64,000 nucleotides of DNA from Cytophagales bacterium (GCA_033765235.1 JANRIG010000022.1:133863-197862), one strand, 5' to 3'. Positions 9,196 through 19,121 are shown, counted from the stretch's first letter. Notes: generated from the letters alone by a model not told the origin. Numbers and translations are program-made.

Positions 9196-10625
9196 TTGGG
9201 CAAGTGTGCTACAGACATTTTGATATATTCTACAAGTTCTATGTTTGGATGCAATCCTACCCAAAATACTATGCAAAGCAATATGTATTGTGTAATTGAC
9301 TCATAAGGCTTTATAATTTCAAATACAGGAATATTGCTACGCAGAGGTGCGAATAATATATGAAAAAAATCTTTGGATAATAATGCAAATATATAGACAA
9401 GTAATACAATAATACCCACAGGCACAACCCAATGCCATGAAATAAAAAGTGACTTTAAGGTATAATACTCAGTCAAAAACAGCACTGACGGCGGTATGCC
9501 GAGTATTGATACAAAACCTAAAAAAAGTACTAATGCGCCGGCAGGGTTTAGTTTAAAGTAAGCCCCTGTAAAGTCTAAGTTTTTGGTCAAATACACCCTG
9601 TAAAGCTGCCCAATTTGAAAAAATATGGCAGATTTGATGAGCGAATGAAATACCAGATGCAATACTGCTACAAAATACCCGGCGTGTCCGCAGGAAAGTG
9701 CAATGATAGCTATGGCAGCGTGCTCTACACTTGAGTAGGCTAATAGTCTTTTGAAGTTCTTTATTTTGAAAAGATATATAACCACAAAAATAAGCGAAGC
9801 TATACCTATGATAATGAGTATTTTATCCATCCATGGCTTGATAGATGTGAATACAAAAGATTCATAAAATCTGAATATGGATACAAAGCCCACATTCATA
9901 AGCCCGCCTGAAAGCATAGCACCTACGGGCGATGGGGCTATGTCTTTGGCATCTATATCTACTGTGAAAAGTGGTACCACACCCAACTTCACACTAATGC
10001 CAATGATGGCAAACAAAAAGCAAGACTTCAACCACATAGGGCTCATATGAGGGGTGGTTTTTTGCAATTCGGTAATATATAAGCCGGTCTCATTGGTCTC
10101 TTGTGCGGCTATCCCTAACAGTAATATACCTGCGTAGGCAAGTGCCAGCCCTATGGAGCTCACAAAAAAGTATTTCCATGCAGCCTCGAGTGAGTGCGAA
10201 TTGCGGTCGTGGTATATGAGGATGGATGCCACTATGGTAGTGGCTTCGAGAAAGCACCATAGCAAACCCAAGTGCTCTGATATCAATACCCCCGTCATAG
10301 ATGCCACTAGCCCAACCATGGAGGCATTGTGTATGGCAATAATTCTTTTTTTTGACCTGCGGTTAATTGAATAAAGTGCAGTATGTATTACGGTAGGTAC
10401 TATCAATATAGATATTACGGTCATAAATATCAACCCTACCTTGTCAAACCTCAGATATTGACCTATTAATGTGCCTTCGTGTATGAAACACTGATAGTTG
10501 AAGTACCAATGTAACAGTACAAACGGCACATACAAAAGATAGCCTGCCAAAGTATGCCTCACAAACACCATGACACACATAATGATGAATGAAAGTACAA
10601 AATAAATGATGACTATTTCTAACAT
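9192..10625 (-). CDS. NuoN/HyfF-like antiporter-type membrane subunit
   Basis: 477 aa with about 14 TM helices and a Proton_antipo_M-like core (APSPVGAMLSGGLMNVGFVSIFRF). TAATG overlap with the upstream gene. Confidence 0.7.
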   Translation of the reverse strand: MLEIVIIYFVLSFIIMCVMVFVRHTLAGYLLYVPFVLLHWYFNYQCFIHEGTLIGQYLRFDKVGLIFMTVISILIVPTVIHTALYSINRRSKKRIIAIHNASMVGLVASMTGVLISEHLGLLWCFLEATTIVASILIYHDRNSHSLEAAWKYFFVSSIGLALAYAGILLLGIAAQETNETGLYITELQKTTPHMSPMWLKSCFLFAIIGISVKLGVVPLFTVDIDAKDIAPSPVGAMLSGGLMNVGFVSIFRFYESFVFTSIKPWMDKILIIIGIASLIFVVIYLFKIKNFKRLLAYSSVEHAAIAIIALSCGHAGYFVAVLHLVFHSLIKSAIFFQIGQLYRVYLTKNLDFTGAYFKLNPAGALVLFLGFVSILGIPPSVLFLTEYYTLKSLFISWHWVVPVGIIVLLVYIFALLSKDFFHILFAPLRSNIPVFEIIKPYESITQYILLCIVFWVGLHPNIELVEYIKMSVAHLPK

Positions 10626-11290
10626 TAATCTTTAAGTTCGGTAAGGTTACGTATCTCTATGGCTTTGAATATGCCTTTGGCACGGTTGAGGAATACTCCT
10701 AATAGAAATACGGTGGTGAGTATGTCAAATAATATTCCCATATTGATGATGATGGGGAGCTCTGTGCCCATGGCAAGCGATAGCATAAAGAGTCCGTTTT
10801 CAAGTACAAGATAGCCAACTATATGAGTAATGATTTTTTTGCGCCTCATAATTATGAGCAACCCTGTGAGAATGGAAGATAACGATGCTGTGAAATATAT
10901 AATTTCATGGGTATGTTGCTGAAGCCTGTATGCATTGCCGGTTTCAAAATTTATATGAAGTTCGTAGCCAAAAAAGAAGGAGATTATGAAAATAATGGCA
11001 ATCTTAAAAAGTGAATAAAAGTTGAGCTGGTCGGGCTCGCGCTCATAGAATATGTTATTTTTTTTCATCAAATAATATAAGTAATACGGTACTATAATGC
11101 CTTTGAAAATCAAGGTTTCTAATAAAATAAATGTAAGATTGATAAGGTGCATCTCTTTGAGCTCTGACAGTACTATGGCAAAGAGTAATATGCCTTGTAT
11201 GGCAAGTGAATATATGTATGAAAGTACCCTGCCGGCATTGATGAGGTATATAAGTGTCATGCAATATAATATGATAAAGAGGTTTGTCAT
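10625..11290 (-). CDS. HyfE-like small membrane subunit
   Basis: 221 aa polytopic membrane protein. It sits in the position, and has the size, of HyfE between the HyfC-like and HyfF-like genes. Confidence 0.5.
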   Translation of the reverse strand: MTNLFIILYCMTLIYLINAGRVLSYIYSLAIQGILLFAIVLSELKEMHLINLTFILLETLIFKGIIVPYYLYYLMKKNNIFYEREPDQLNFYSLFKIAIIFIISFFFGYELHINFETGNAYRLQQHTHEIIYFTASLSSILTGLLIIMRRKKIITHIVGYLVLENGLFMLSLAMGTELPIIINMGILFDILTTVFLLGVFLNRAKGIFKAIEIRNLTELKD

Positions 11291-11293
11291 GGT

Positions 11294-12202
11294 CTACAAT
11301 TTATTCATTATCAATACAATACCAAAAAATAATATGAGAGCTAAAACAGTGAGGATAAAGATAAAATTAGGATTTTTTTTCATACGCTCTCGCGCTCTAA
11401 AACTCTCTGCCATACCTACTGTGACTGCCAGTGCAAACTGCAATCCAAAAAATAAAAGGAGCTCTTGCACAATATTCATACCCGAATGGAGCAAAAAATT
11501 GCACATAAGCAACCCAAACATAGCAAACTTGAGCGACACTGAATAGGTCAAAATTGCCATATCAAAAGCAGAGTTGTCAAGTATCATCACCTCATGTATC
11601 ATGGTGAGCTCAAGGTGTGTATTTGGGTCATCTAAGGGCAGCCTGCTGTTTTCTATCATCATGATTTGAAAAAGCAGAAAAAATGCCAAAATAAGCAAAA
11701 ATATAGAGGTAGAATCACTGTAATTGATAAAATCGTTGAACATATCAGCAAATGAGGTAGTGCCTGTGTACATGGCAAAAGAGCCCATGAGCAAAAAAAA
11801 CGCTGGCTCTGCCAGCAGTGCATATAATGCCTCGCGATTGGCTCCCATGCCTTCAAAGGGACTGCCTGTGTCCATAGCTGCAATAATCATGAAAAACCTG
11901 CCCACTGCCAACATATATGCGAAAAATACAAAATCTCCGTCAAACGATATCACCGCCTGCTGGTCGTGAAAGGGCAGTACCAATAGTGCACATACTATGC
12001 TGCTGAAGTATATACTCGGTGCTATTTTGAATACGAAACCGGTGGTGGTGCTATATATGGTTTGTTTTCTTAACAGCCTCACTATATCATACATATGCTG
12101 CAATAATCCGGGTCCTTTGCGCCCCGATGCTATGGCTTTTGTACGATTGACTACCCCTAAAAAAAATATAGATGCTACCACCACTGCTATGATGCCTATC
12201 AT
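11294..12202 (-). CDS. HyfC/HycD-like (NuoH-family) membrane subunit
   Basis: 302 aa polytopic protein. Gene order and size match HycD/HyfC. ATGA overlap with the upstream gene. Confidence 0.65.
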   Translation of the reverse strand: MIGIIAVVVASIFFLGVVNRTKAIASGRKGPGLLQHMYDIVRLLRKQTIYSTTTGFVFKIAPSIYFSSIVCALLVLPFHDQQAVISFDGDFVFFAYMLAVGRFFMIIAAMDTGSPFEGMGANREALYALLAEPAFFLLMGSFAMYTGTTSFADMFNDFINYSDSTSIFLLILAFFLLFQIMMIENSRLPLDDPNTHLELTMIHEVMILDNSAFDMAILTYSVSLKFAMFGLLMCNFLLHSGMNIVQELLLFFGLQFALAVTVGMAESFRARERMKKNPNFIFILTVLALILFFGIVLIMNKL

Positions 12203-14166
12203 ATAAGTTGCAAATAAGTGATGAGAAATAAACCTATAATAAATGCAAATGCATACAATATATAAGTCTGCGTGCGCCCTGTCTGAAATACAGCAAATCT
12301 TTTAATAAATTTGGTAAGGGCTATGGCAGGCATAGTTACAAATTTTACCTCCAATACGTCTTTGATATTGGTCACGTATGATGATTTGGCAGGATAAATG
12401 TCAGTATTATGTATTTGTTTTTCTCTGTTTTTGGAGTAAATAATAATAGATGCCAGCTCACGCAAATTTTGGGTGAATGAGGTAGAGGTATATTGTAATT
12501 TGCTGGTAGGTGCTGTGTAGCCACAACCCCAGGTAGGCCCATACTTTGCTGTGTTATGTTTTTCTACATATGTTTTCAATAAATAAATTGCTATAGTAAT
12601 GATAATGAATAGAATAGACACTATACTTATATGATTCATCATAGATATGGTATTGGTCTGTACATATATATTTTTTATTCCAAAGGTCATAATCACAGGA
12701 TTGAGCATATTTATTAACAAAAATGGAAACAAAGATATGCATAGTATAATGATACAAATAAGAGCTTGAGGCACAAGCATCCATGTGTCAGCCTCATTTT
12801 TGGCTATGTGCTCACTACTTCTGCTGCTTCCCAAAAATGTGATACCATACATTTTGCTAAAGCAAAATAATGACAAACCTCCGGTAAATGAGAGGCATAC
12901 CAAGCCTATCACCAAAAGTTCATCTATAGAAACATCGCCTTTTTTGAACTCGCCCATGATGGCATCGTAAATAATGTATTCGGAGATGAAGCCGTTGAAC
13001 GGGGGCAAACCGCTGATAGCTACACAACCTGTAAGAAAAAAGATTGCAGTAACAGGCATATTTTTGGCAATGCCACCGAGTAGGTTCATATTTTTGGTAC
13101 CTGTAGCATGATATACAGCACCTGCACCATAAAATAGAAGAGGCTTGTACAAAGCATGGTTGAGTATATGCATGATGGCTGCCGCAAAACCCAGATAGCT
13201 CAGTGCTTCATTGTTCACAGCCTTGCCCAGTACACCCAACCCCAATGCCAAACCAATGATGCCCATATTTTCTATGCTACTGTAGGCAATGGTTTTTTTT
13301 AGCTCATTTTGCATGCACGCGTGGATGATGCCATAAATAGATGAGAATGCACCTACTACCAGCATTATAATGCCATAGGCTTGAAAGTCATACTGCAGCA
13401 TAGAAATGAGGCGAATGATGCCATAAATACCCATTTTGCTCATAGCACCCGAAAAGAGGGCTGAGGCATGTGCAGGTGCTACATTGTACACATGCGGCAG
13501 CCATGTGTGCAACGGGATAAACCCTGCTTTGAATGCAAAGCCGATAAAAAATATTAAGAATATCAAGCTGTCTTTTCCTGATGCCAAAAATTGTGCAAGC
13601 CCTCCAAAATCTGCCTCATAACCATTGATTTGCAGCATGATAGTGCCGCCTGTAAGAAATATAATGCATATGTGCATCTGCACAAAATAGTAGAGTGCAG
13701 CCTTCATCACATCTTTTTGGTCGTTTTCAAACATCATTACCAAAAATGAAGCCAATGTCATGATTTCCCAAAATATCAAAAATGGAATAAGGTTTTGTAC
13801 CATTGCCACCAATAGCATGAATATTTGCAAAAGGTTGAATGAAATAAGGTGCAGGTTGAGTGGGTGAGGGTCTGTCTCATATTTAAGATAGCCTTGTAAA
13901 TAAATGGAGGAAAACAAAGAAATGGTATTAATGATAATAATATAAAATACAGCCAACCCATCTACGCAAAAGGAGAGCTCACCAATGAGTGGTATCATAG
14001 TGGAATAGCTATAAAATGTACCCTTTGTCAAATACAGATATACTATAATACCTGAGGCTATATTCACTGCTATATTCATGAGCAATGCATACATACATTT
14101 GTACTTGACAGGCACAAATACAATGAGCGGTATTAAAAATAAAGTAAAGATGTAGTTCCAAGACAT
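12199..14166 (-). CDS. HyfB/NuoL-like antiporter-type membrane subunit
   Basis: ~655 aa with a Proton_antipo_M core (HTWLPHVYNVAPAHASALFSGAMSKMGIYGIIRL). The track start (14184) is TTG; the ATG at 14166 (MSWNYIF..) is preferred. Confidence 0.8.
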   Translation of the reverse strand: MSWNYIFTLFLIPLIVFVPVKYKCMYALLMNIAVNIASGIIVYLYLTKGTFYSYSTMIPLIGELSFCVDGLAVFYIIIINTISLFSSIYLQGYLKYETDPHPLNLHLISFNLLQIFMLLVAMVQNLIPFLIFWEIMTLASFLVMMFENDQKDVMKAALYYFVQMHICIIFLTGGTIMLQINGYEADFGGLAQFLASGKDSLIFLIFFIGFAFKAGFIPLHTWLPHVYNVAPAHASALFSGAMSKMGIYGIIRLISMLQYDFQAYGIIMLVVGAFSSIYGIIHACMQNELKKTIAYSSIENMGIIGLALGLGVLGKAVNNEALSYLGFAAAIMHILNHALYKPLLFYGAGAVYHATGTKNMNLLGGIAKNMPVTAIFFLTGCVAISGLPPFNGFISEYIIYDAIMGEFKKGDVSIDELLVIGLVCLSFTGGLSLFCFSKMYGITFLGSSRSSEHIAKNEADTWMLVPQALICIIILCISLFPFLLINMLNPVIMTFGIKNIYVQTNTISMMNHISIVSILFIIITIAIYLLKTYVEKHNTAKYGPTWGCGYTAPTSKLQYTSTSFTQNLRELASIIIYSKNREKQIHNTDIYPAKSSYVTNIKDVLEVKFVTMPAIALTKFIKRFAVFQTGRTQTYILYAFAFIIGLFLITYLQLI

Positions 14167-14360
14167 GTTGTACAAACTTAACAATTATTTAACAATCGCA
14201 AAAAAAAAATGATGAGCCATGATAGTATTGTACATAATACTTACTACAGCCACGTAAGATTTTAATAACATGGGCAAATAATTTATGAAAAGTGATATTT
14301 ATTAAAAAATTTGGAAGTAAAATTAAAATTATTTACATCTATTGAGGGCTGCATACGTAT

Positions 14361-14391
14361 GTTACACTATCCATAGAAATGATAGTGTAAC
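14361..14391 (-). terminator. trxA terminator-like hairpin (perfect 11-bp stem, 9-nt loop)
   Basis: gttacactatc-catagaaat-gatagtgtaac, 37 nt downstream of the trxA stop. Separates trxA from the hydrogenase-like operon. Confidence 0.5.
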
Positions 14392-14427
14392 TGTATGTAA
14401 ACTTTGAATTGTAATAAGTATTTGCAT

Positions 14428-14760
14428 TTATGCAAGCACGCTTTCGAGCTTTTTGCTGAGAGCAGACTTGGCCACTGCGCCTATTTGCTTATCTACTACT
14501 TGTCCGTTTTTGAAAAACAACAAAGTAGGTATGCTGCGTATGCCAAATTTTGCGGCCGAGTTGGGGTTAAAATCTACATTTACTTTGCCTACTATGGCTT
14601 TGCCTTCATACTCACCTGCAAGTTCTTCTACGGCAGGTCCTATCATTTTACACGGTCCGCACCACTCAGCCCAAAAGTCTACAAGGACAGGCTTGCCTGA
14701 GTTGATGATGTTTTCAAAATTGGTATCGTTTATCTCTACTGCTTTATGGGTGGTAGTCAT
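14428..14760 (-). CDS. trxA: Thioredoxin
   Basis: 110 aa with WAEWCGPCK active site. Confidence 0.95.
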   Translation of the reverse strand: MTTTHKAVEINDTNFENIINSGKPVLVDFWAEWCGPCKMIGPAVEELAGEYEGKAIVGKVNVDFNPNSAAKFGIRSIPTLLFFKNGQVVDKQIGAVAKSALSKKLESVLA

Positions 14761-14844
14761 GATTATTTCCTATTTAAAATTAATATTAAAATTTATTTAT
14801 TATTCAAACAAAGGTATTTTTTTATAAGTTCAAGATATCAACAA

Positions 14845-15210
14845 TTATTCCACGCCTGATTTGTACAGTGTTATTTTAGCTTTGTGGCATATACCACCTA
14901 CGGGCGGATTGTGCTTTGCCACAGTCACAGTAGCATCAATGATAGCATCAAAGTTTGTAAATATAGCGTTGAGTATTCTATATCCTAAGTTTTCGAGTAG
15001 TTTTGAGGGGATATCTACTTCTTTTTTAACTATTTTATATAACTTTTCATAATTTATAGTGCCTGACAATTCGTCAGTAATGGGTGAATCTTGCAAGTCT
15101 GCATGGATAATGAGGTCTATTTCATACTTATTGCCAATCACTCTCTCTTCGCTGTAAAAGCCGTGATATGCAAAAAATTCTAACCCTTGCAATGATATGG
15201 TGCCTGTCAT
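14845..15210 (-). CDS. folB: Dihydroneopterin aldolase
   Basis: 121 aa. The start, ISLQGLEFFAYHGFYSEERVIGNKYEIDL, is typical of FolB. Its ATG overlaps the upstream stop (ATGA). Confidence 0.85.
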   Translation of the reverse strand: MTGTISLQGLEFFAYHGFYSEERVIGNKYEIDLIIHADLQDSPITDELSGTINYEKLYKIVKKEVDIPSKLLENLGYRILNAIFTNFDAIIDATVTVAKHNPPVGGICHKAKITLYKSGVE

Positions 15211-15836
15211 ATTTTGTCAAAAAATGATATTTCTGGCACGTTTTGCGCTTCGGAAATTGATTTTTTAGCTTCCGTTTTTTCGAGATTTTTTGAAGGTGTA
15301 GTGGGCTTATTATCTATTCTGCTGATGCGTTCTTGGAGGTCTCTTTGTATATTTTTAAGTTCTAATATGAGGTTTTCTTTGATGTTTTCTATCTCTTTCA
15401 CTTCTCTTTCGGCATGTCGCATCATGTCTTTGGAGGTTTCTTCGCTTATTTTGAGCTGTTGCTCAGCTTTTTCTATGGTGTCTTTGGCCTGGTATTTGGC
15501 CTCATTGAGCAGCGCATCGGCGTTCATTTGGGCTTCTTTTAGCAATAGTTCCGCAGTTTTGTTGGCTTGCTCTACCAAGTGAGAACCTGTGTCTTCGGCC
15601 GTTTTCAGCGTTTTGTACAGCGATGTTTCTACATCTCTGAGTTTTTGTACTTCTTTATCAAGCAGCTCTATCTTCATTTTCTGCTCTCTATTCTCTTCCA
15701 GCAGCTTTTCCCACTCTTGTGATACGGATATCAGATATGCTTCTACTTCTTCCTTTTCATACCCTCTAAAAGTTTTTTCAAAGGTTTTTTGTCTTATTTC
15801 CAAGGGGGTAATCCTCATTCCGCTTTTCTTTACCAT
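15207..15836 (-). CDS. DivIVA-domain coiled-coil protein
   Basis: MRITPLEIRQKTFEKTFRGYEKEEVEAYL is the DivIVA N-terminal signature, followed by a long coiled coil. The real start is probably M20 (15836) or M26 (15818) of the track ORF. Confidence 0.75.
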   Translation of the reverse strand: MVKKSGMRITPLEIRQKTFEKTFRGYEKEEVEAYLISVSQEWEKLLEENREQKMKIELLDKEVQKLRDVETSLYKTLKTAEDTGSHLVEQANKTAELLLKEAQMNADALLNEAKYQAKDTIEKAEQQLKISEETSKDMMRHAEREVKEIENIKENLILELKNIQRDLQERISRIDNKPTTPSKNLEKTEAKKSISEAQNVPEISFFDKI

Positions 15837-15941
15837 ACCTATTACATTTTCAACCAAAAGTATAAAAATAAACCATTTATTTACCCACTTCACAAAATAT
15901 TTATAAAAAATTACCGTTGTTAGCCAAAAATATTACTTATT

Positions 15942-17498
15942 ATGACTAGACAAAATATATTGTGGGCAGACGACGAGATAGAATTATTGAAACCTCATAT
16001 CCTATTTTTGAGCAACAAGGGGTACGACATCACAGCCGTGCAAAGCGGGGCAGATGCGTTGGACAAGTGCCATACTGCACCCTATGATATTGTATTTTTG
16101 GATGAAAATATGCCGGGCATGTCGGGTCTTGAAACACTCACCCAAATAAAACTGCTTAAACCCAACCTCCCTGTCATAATGATCACCAAGTCTGAAGAAG
16201 AGCGAATCATGGAAGATGCCATAGGCAGCAAAATAGCTGACTATCTCATAAAACCACTGAACCCCAACCAAATACTGCTGTCTGTAAAAAAAATATTGGA
16301 CAACAAACGCTTGATATCCGAAAAAACTACTTTGGCTTACCAGCAAGAGTTTAGAAACCTGAGCATGGCATACAATGAGCCTCTTAACCATGAGCAATGG
16401 GCAGAAATTTATAAAAAATTGGTGTATTGGGAAATAGAAATAGACCAATCGCAAAACAAAGAGGTGCTCGAAATGCTGGAAATGCAAAAACACGAAGCCA
16501 ATGCCAACTTTATCAAATACATTATCAAAAATTATGAAAAATGGCTCAATGATGTGCAGGTGAGCAAACCTACCCTATCGCACCAGATTATGAAAAAAAT
16601 GGTGTTTCCTCATATCAATGCTGACACTACTACATTTTTTATACTTATAGACAACCTCAGGTATGACCAGTGGCGGTGCATAGCCCCTGAGGTGCAAGAC
16701 ATGTTTGATATCATAGACGAAAGCTCGTACTATGCCATACTGCCTACCACTACCGAGTTTGCACGCAATGCCATATTCTCAGGACTCATGCCCTCTGATA
16801 TGGAAAAATATCATCCCAATCTGTGGATAAATGAAGATAACGAAGAAAAACGCAATGCCAACGAAGACAAATTTCTTGAAGCACAGCTCAAACGCCATAA
16901 AATAGATACCAAATATTCATACCACAAAATATTGAATGCCACGCAAGGCAAAGCCTTGAACGACAACCTTAATAACCTCATGGGCAATGGCATCAATGCG
17001 GTGGTGTACAACTTTGTAGATATGCTCTCGCATGCCCGTACAGATAGCCATATGATTAAAGAACTTGCACCTGATGAGGCTGCATACAGAAGCATTACCT
17101 TATCGTGGTTTTTGCACTCACCGTTGCACGACTTACTCAAGTTTTTGTCTGAGAAAAAGGTAAAAACCATCATCACTACAGACCATGGTACCATAAAGGT
17201 AAAAAATCCTGTAAAAATAATAGGCGACCGCGAAACCAATACCAACCTAAGATACAAAGAAGGCAAAAATCTTTCGTTTGAAGAAAAAGGCACCTTTCAT
17301 ACCCGCAAGCCCGAGCGGCTGATGCTGCCCAAGCACAACCTCACCTCAAGCTATGTATTTGCGCTCAACCAAGACTTTTTTGCATATCCCAATAACTATA
17401 ATTATTACGTAAGCTATTACAAAGACACCTTTCAGCATGGAGGAGTATCCTTAGAAGAGATGATAGTACCGCTCATCACCATGGTGGGCAAAGGGTGA
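15942..17498 (+). CDS. porX: T9SS response regulator PorX (receiver domain + PglZ/alkaline-phosphatase-like domain)
   Basis: 518 aa. ILWADDEIELLKPHILFLSNKGYD..VFLDENMPGMSGLE receiver domain, then a PglZ-type C-terminal domain. Size and motifs match PorX. Confidence 0.85.
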   Translation: MTRQNILWADDEIELLKPHILFLSNKGYDITAVQSGADALDKCHTAPYDIVFLDENMPGMSGLETLTQIKLLKPNLPVIMITKSEEERIMEDAIGSKIADYLIKPLNPNQILLSVKKILDNKRLISEKTTLAYQQEFRNLSMAYNEPLNHEQWAEIYKKLVYWEIEIDQSQNKEVLEMLEMQKHEANANFIKYIIKNYEKWLNDVQVSKPTLSHQIMKKMVFPHINADTTTFFILIDNLRYDQWRCIAPEVQDMFDIIDESSYYAILPTTTEFARNAIFSGLMPSDMEKYHPNLWINEDNEEKRNANEDKFLEAQLKRHKIDTKYSYHKILNATQGKALNDNLNNLMGNGINAVVYNFVDMLSHARTDSHMIKELAPDEAAYRSITLSWFLHSPLHDLLKFLSEKKVKTIITTDHGTIKVKNPVKIIGDRETNTNLRYKEGKNLSFEEKGTFHTRKPERLMLPKHNLTSSYVFALNQDFFAYPNNYNYYVSYYKDTFQHGGVSLEEMIVPLITMVGKG

Positions 17499-17559
17499 TG
17501 TGAGGATGACATTTATATATTATATGAATGTTTGTTCACAATTTTTTTTATTACAGATA

Positions 17560-17590
17560 GCATATACAACTTTTTGAAAGTTGTATATGC
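17560..17590. terminator. Perfect 14-bp-stem hairpin (member 1 of a twin family)
   Basis: gcatatacaacttt-ttg-aaagttgtatatgc, 62 nt after the porX stop, between convergent genes. Confidence 0.6.
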
Positions 17591-17609
17591 TTAGGAATGA
17601 GGGCGGAAG

Positions 17610-17771
17610 CTATTTTTTGATTTGCTCACGCATTTTGTGATATAAGTGCTGATTTGCCTTGGCTTCCTTTATTCTTTCAGGAAAAATAGGATTATCACCA
17701 TATTTTTCTTTTACCTTTTTTATTAGTTGAATAGGGTCTAATACAATGACATTATTATTGCCTGTTTTCAT
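17610..17771 (-). CDS. Small hypothetical ORF (53 aa, below the ORF-track cutoff)
   Basis: ATG..TAG ORF read by hand: MKTGNNNVIVLDPIQLIKKVKEKYGDNPIFPERIKEAKANQHLYHKMREQIKK. No family recognised. Confidence 0.25.
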   Translation of the reverse strand: MKTGNNNVIVLDPIQLIKKVKEKYGDNPIFPERIKEAKANQHLYHKMREQIKK

Positions 17772-17907
17772 GACTTTAGTATGCTAAATTCTGTATAATT
17801 TTTATGTAAATTAATATTAGATGAAATTTTTTGACCTTCTTCCAATCCAAATATACGATAATTTTTATTAAATTCATTGCCATAATTTATTATGGTTCGA
17901 ATTATTG

Positions 17908-18264
17908 CTATTTCCTCTCCAGAGCAGCTATCTTTTGCTCAAGCAGTAAGATTTTCTCTTCGTATAGTTTTATCATTTCTTGATGCATCTTTTCAAATTT
18001 GGCAGAGTAATGTGTATGAATAGAAAAACTTTGTTCATTGGCTGTGCCATAGTTATTAAAAATGGGGGAAGATGTGTTTATGAGTTCTTCGGGTGTAGTT
18101 TGCAAGCTATCGGCAATGGCTTTGAGGCGGTGTAGGTTTATATCTACTTCATCGCGTTCTATCTTACCATATCCTGTGACCGACATATGGAGCATTTCGG
18201 CCATATTTTCCTGACTTAGTTTTTTGCTTTCGCGTAGCAGCCTTATTTTTTCACCTACCTTCAT
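17908..18264 (-). CDS. XRE-family HTH transcriptional regulator with C-terminal coiled coil
   Basis: IRLLRESKKLSQENMAEMLHMSVTGYGKIERDE is a classic Cro/C1 HTH. Divergent from the 18430 operon. Confidence 0.85.
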   Translation of the reverse strand: MKVGEKIRLLRESKKLSQENMAEMLHMSVTGYGKIERDEVDINLHRLKAIADSLQTTPEELINTSSPIFNNYGTANEQSFSIHTHYSAKFEKMHQEMIKLYEEKILLLEQKIAALERK

Positions 18265-18429
18265 GGTGCATATTTGTTAATTGAATGTGCTAAAATACAT
18301 ATTGTTTGAGAATATCAAATACATGAGAGTAGTAATATTATTGCATACTATAAAATATCATCAAAAAAGCTGTAAAAATTGTCTTAAACCTAATTAATTG
18401 AGCACATTTATTAATTTAATATAACCACC

Positions 18430-19002
18430 ATGAAAAATTTAACATCAATTTTATTTATCACTATCCTATATATTTGTACAGTTAATGCACAGTTACTTGT
18501 CAAAGATAGTTTTGACAATCTTAGTTCCGGAACAGGTTTTCAAATGCCTTGGCAAGACAGTGCTCCTATATACAACCATTATTATACAGATTCAGGTTTC
18601 CCATTTGAATATGCATTGCTCAACGGTTCGGGAAGCTACCTCAATACTAGGCATTGGTCAGGAAGTGCTAATGCATACCCTACGCTTTACCGCGATTTCG
18701 ATGTAAGTTCAAATTCTCAAGTATTCACATCAGGATATGTAGAAAACAATGCTGTTACTGTCAATTATGGCAAAGATATATATATTTCTCTATTCTTCAG
18801 ATTTGAGACTATCAATGGCGAGATAATCTTAGAAAATACTGCGGGAGATGCTTCAATAAAATTTGTATTAGAGTCTGCCTCTCAAGACAATATACTTACC
18901 GTGTATATTAAAGAGCCTGCTACAAATGGCAAAGGTGTCAACTATATCAAACTGGGCAGTACTCCGCCCTTAAACCGATTTTATACCCACTATTATGTAT
19001 AA
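18430..19002 (+). CDS. Secreted hypothetical protein (signal peptide, LamG/ConA-like beginning); possibly the 5' half of a split gene
   Basis: Signal peptide MKNLTSILFITILYICTVNAQ followed by beta-rich sequence. See findings. Confidence 0.5.
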   Translation: MKNLTSILFITILYICTVNAQLLVKDSFDNLSSGTGFQMPWQDSAPIYNHYYTDSGFPFEYALLNGSGSYLNTRHWSGSANAYPTLYRDFDVSSNSQVFTSGYVENNAVTVNYGKDIYISLFFRFETINGEIILENTAGDASIKFVLESASQDNILTVYIKEPATNGKGVNYIKLGSTPPLNRFYTHYYV

Positions 19003-19121
19003 AAATTTCACAAAAAAAAAGATTTGAGTTTGTCAATTATTCTGGACCTAATAACTTAAATGACCAATCTTACATACAAGAAATTACATGCAGTATAAAT
19101 CAATCACTCACCGACGAAAAT

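Noticed and set aside
9196-9276. The long N-terminal extension of the large-subunit ORF (track start 9276).
   Set aside because: It would overlap the upstream gene by 85 nt. The ATG at 9195 gives a canonical ATGA coupling and a sensible MKKYIQISN start.
6833-14184. Calling the cluster a functional formate hydrogenlyase / hydrogenase-4 (hyf).
   Set aside because: Subunit order fits, but the [NiFe] L1/L2 cysteines and the small-subunit cluster cysteines are substituted, and no hyp or fdh genes are nearby. I annotated it as hydrogenase-related (Ehr-like) instead.
14404-14827. Plus-strand ORFs 14404-14700 and 14453-14827.
   Set aside because: Antisense to the unambiguous thioredoxin gene (WCGPC motif).
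18265-18429. 8-bp inverted repeat aatgtgct (18284-18291) / agcacatt (18401-18408) in the XRE-operon intergenic region, considered as a candidate operator.
   Set aside because: The halves are 110 nt apart. An 8-mer inverted match in 165 nt of AT-rich DNA is expected by chance at roughly a 1-in-5 level.
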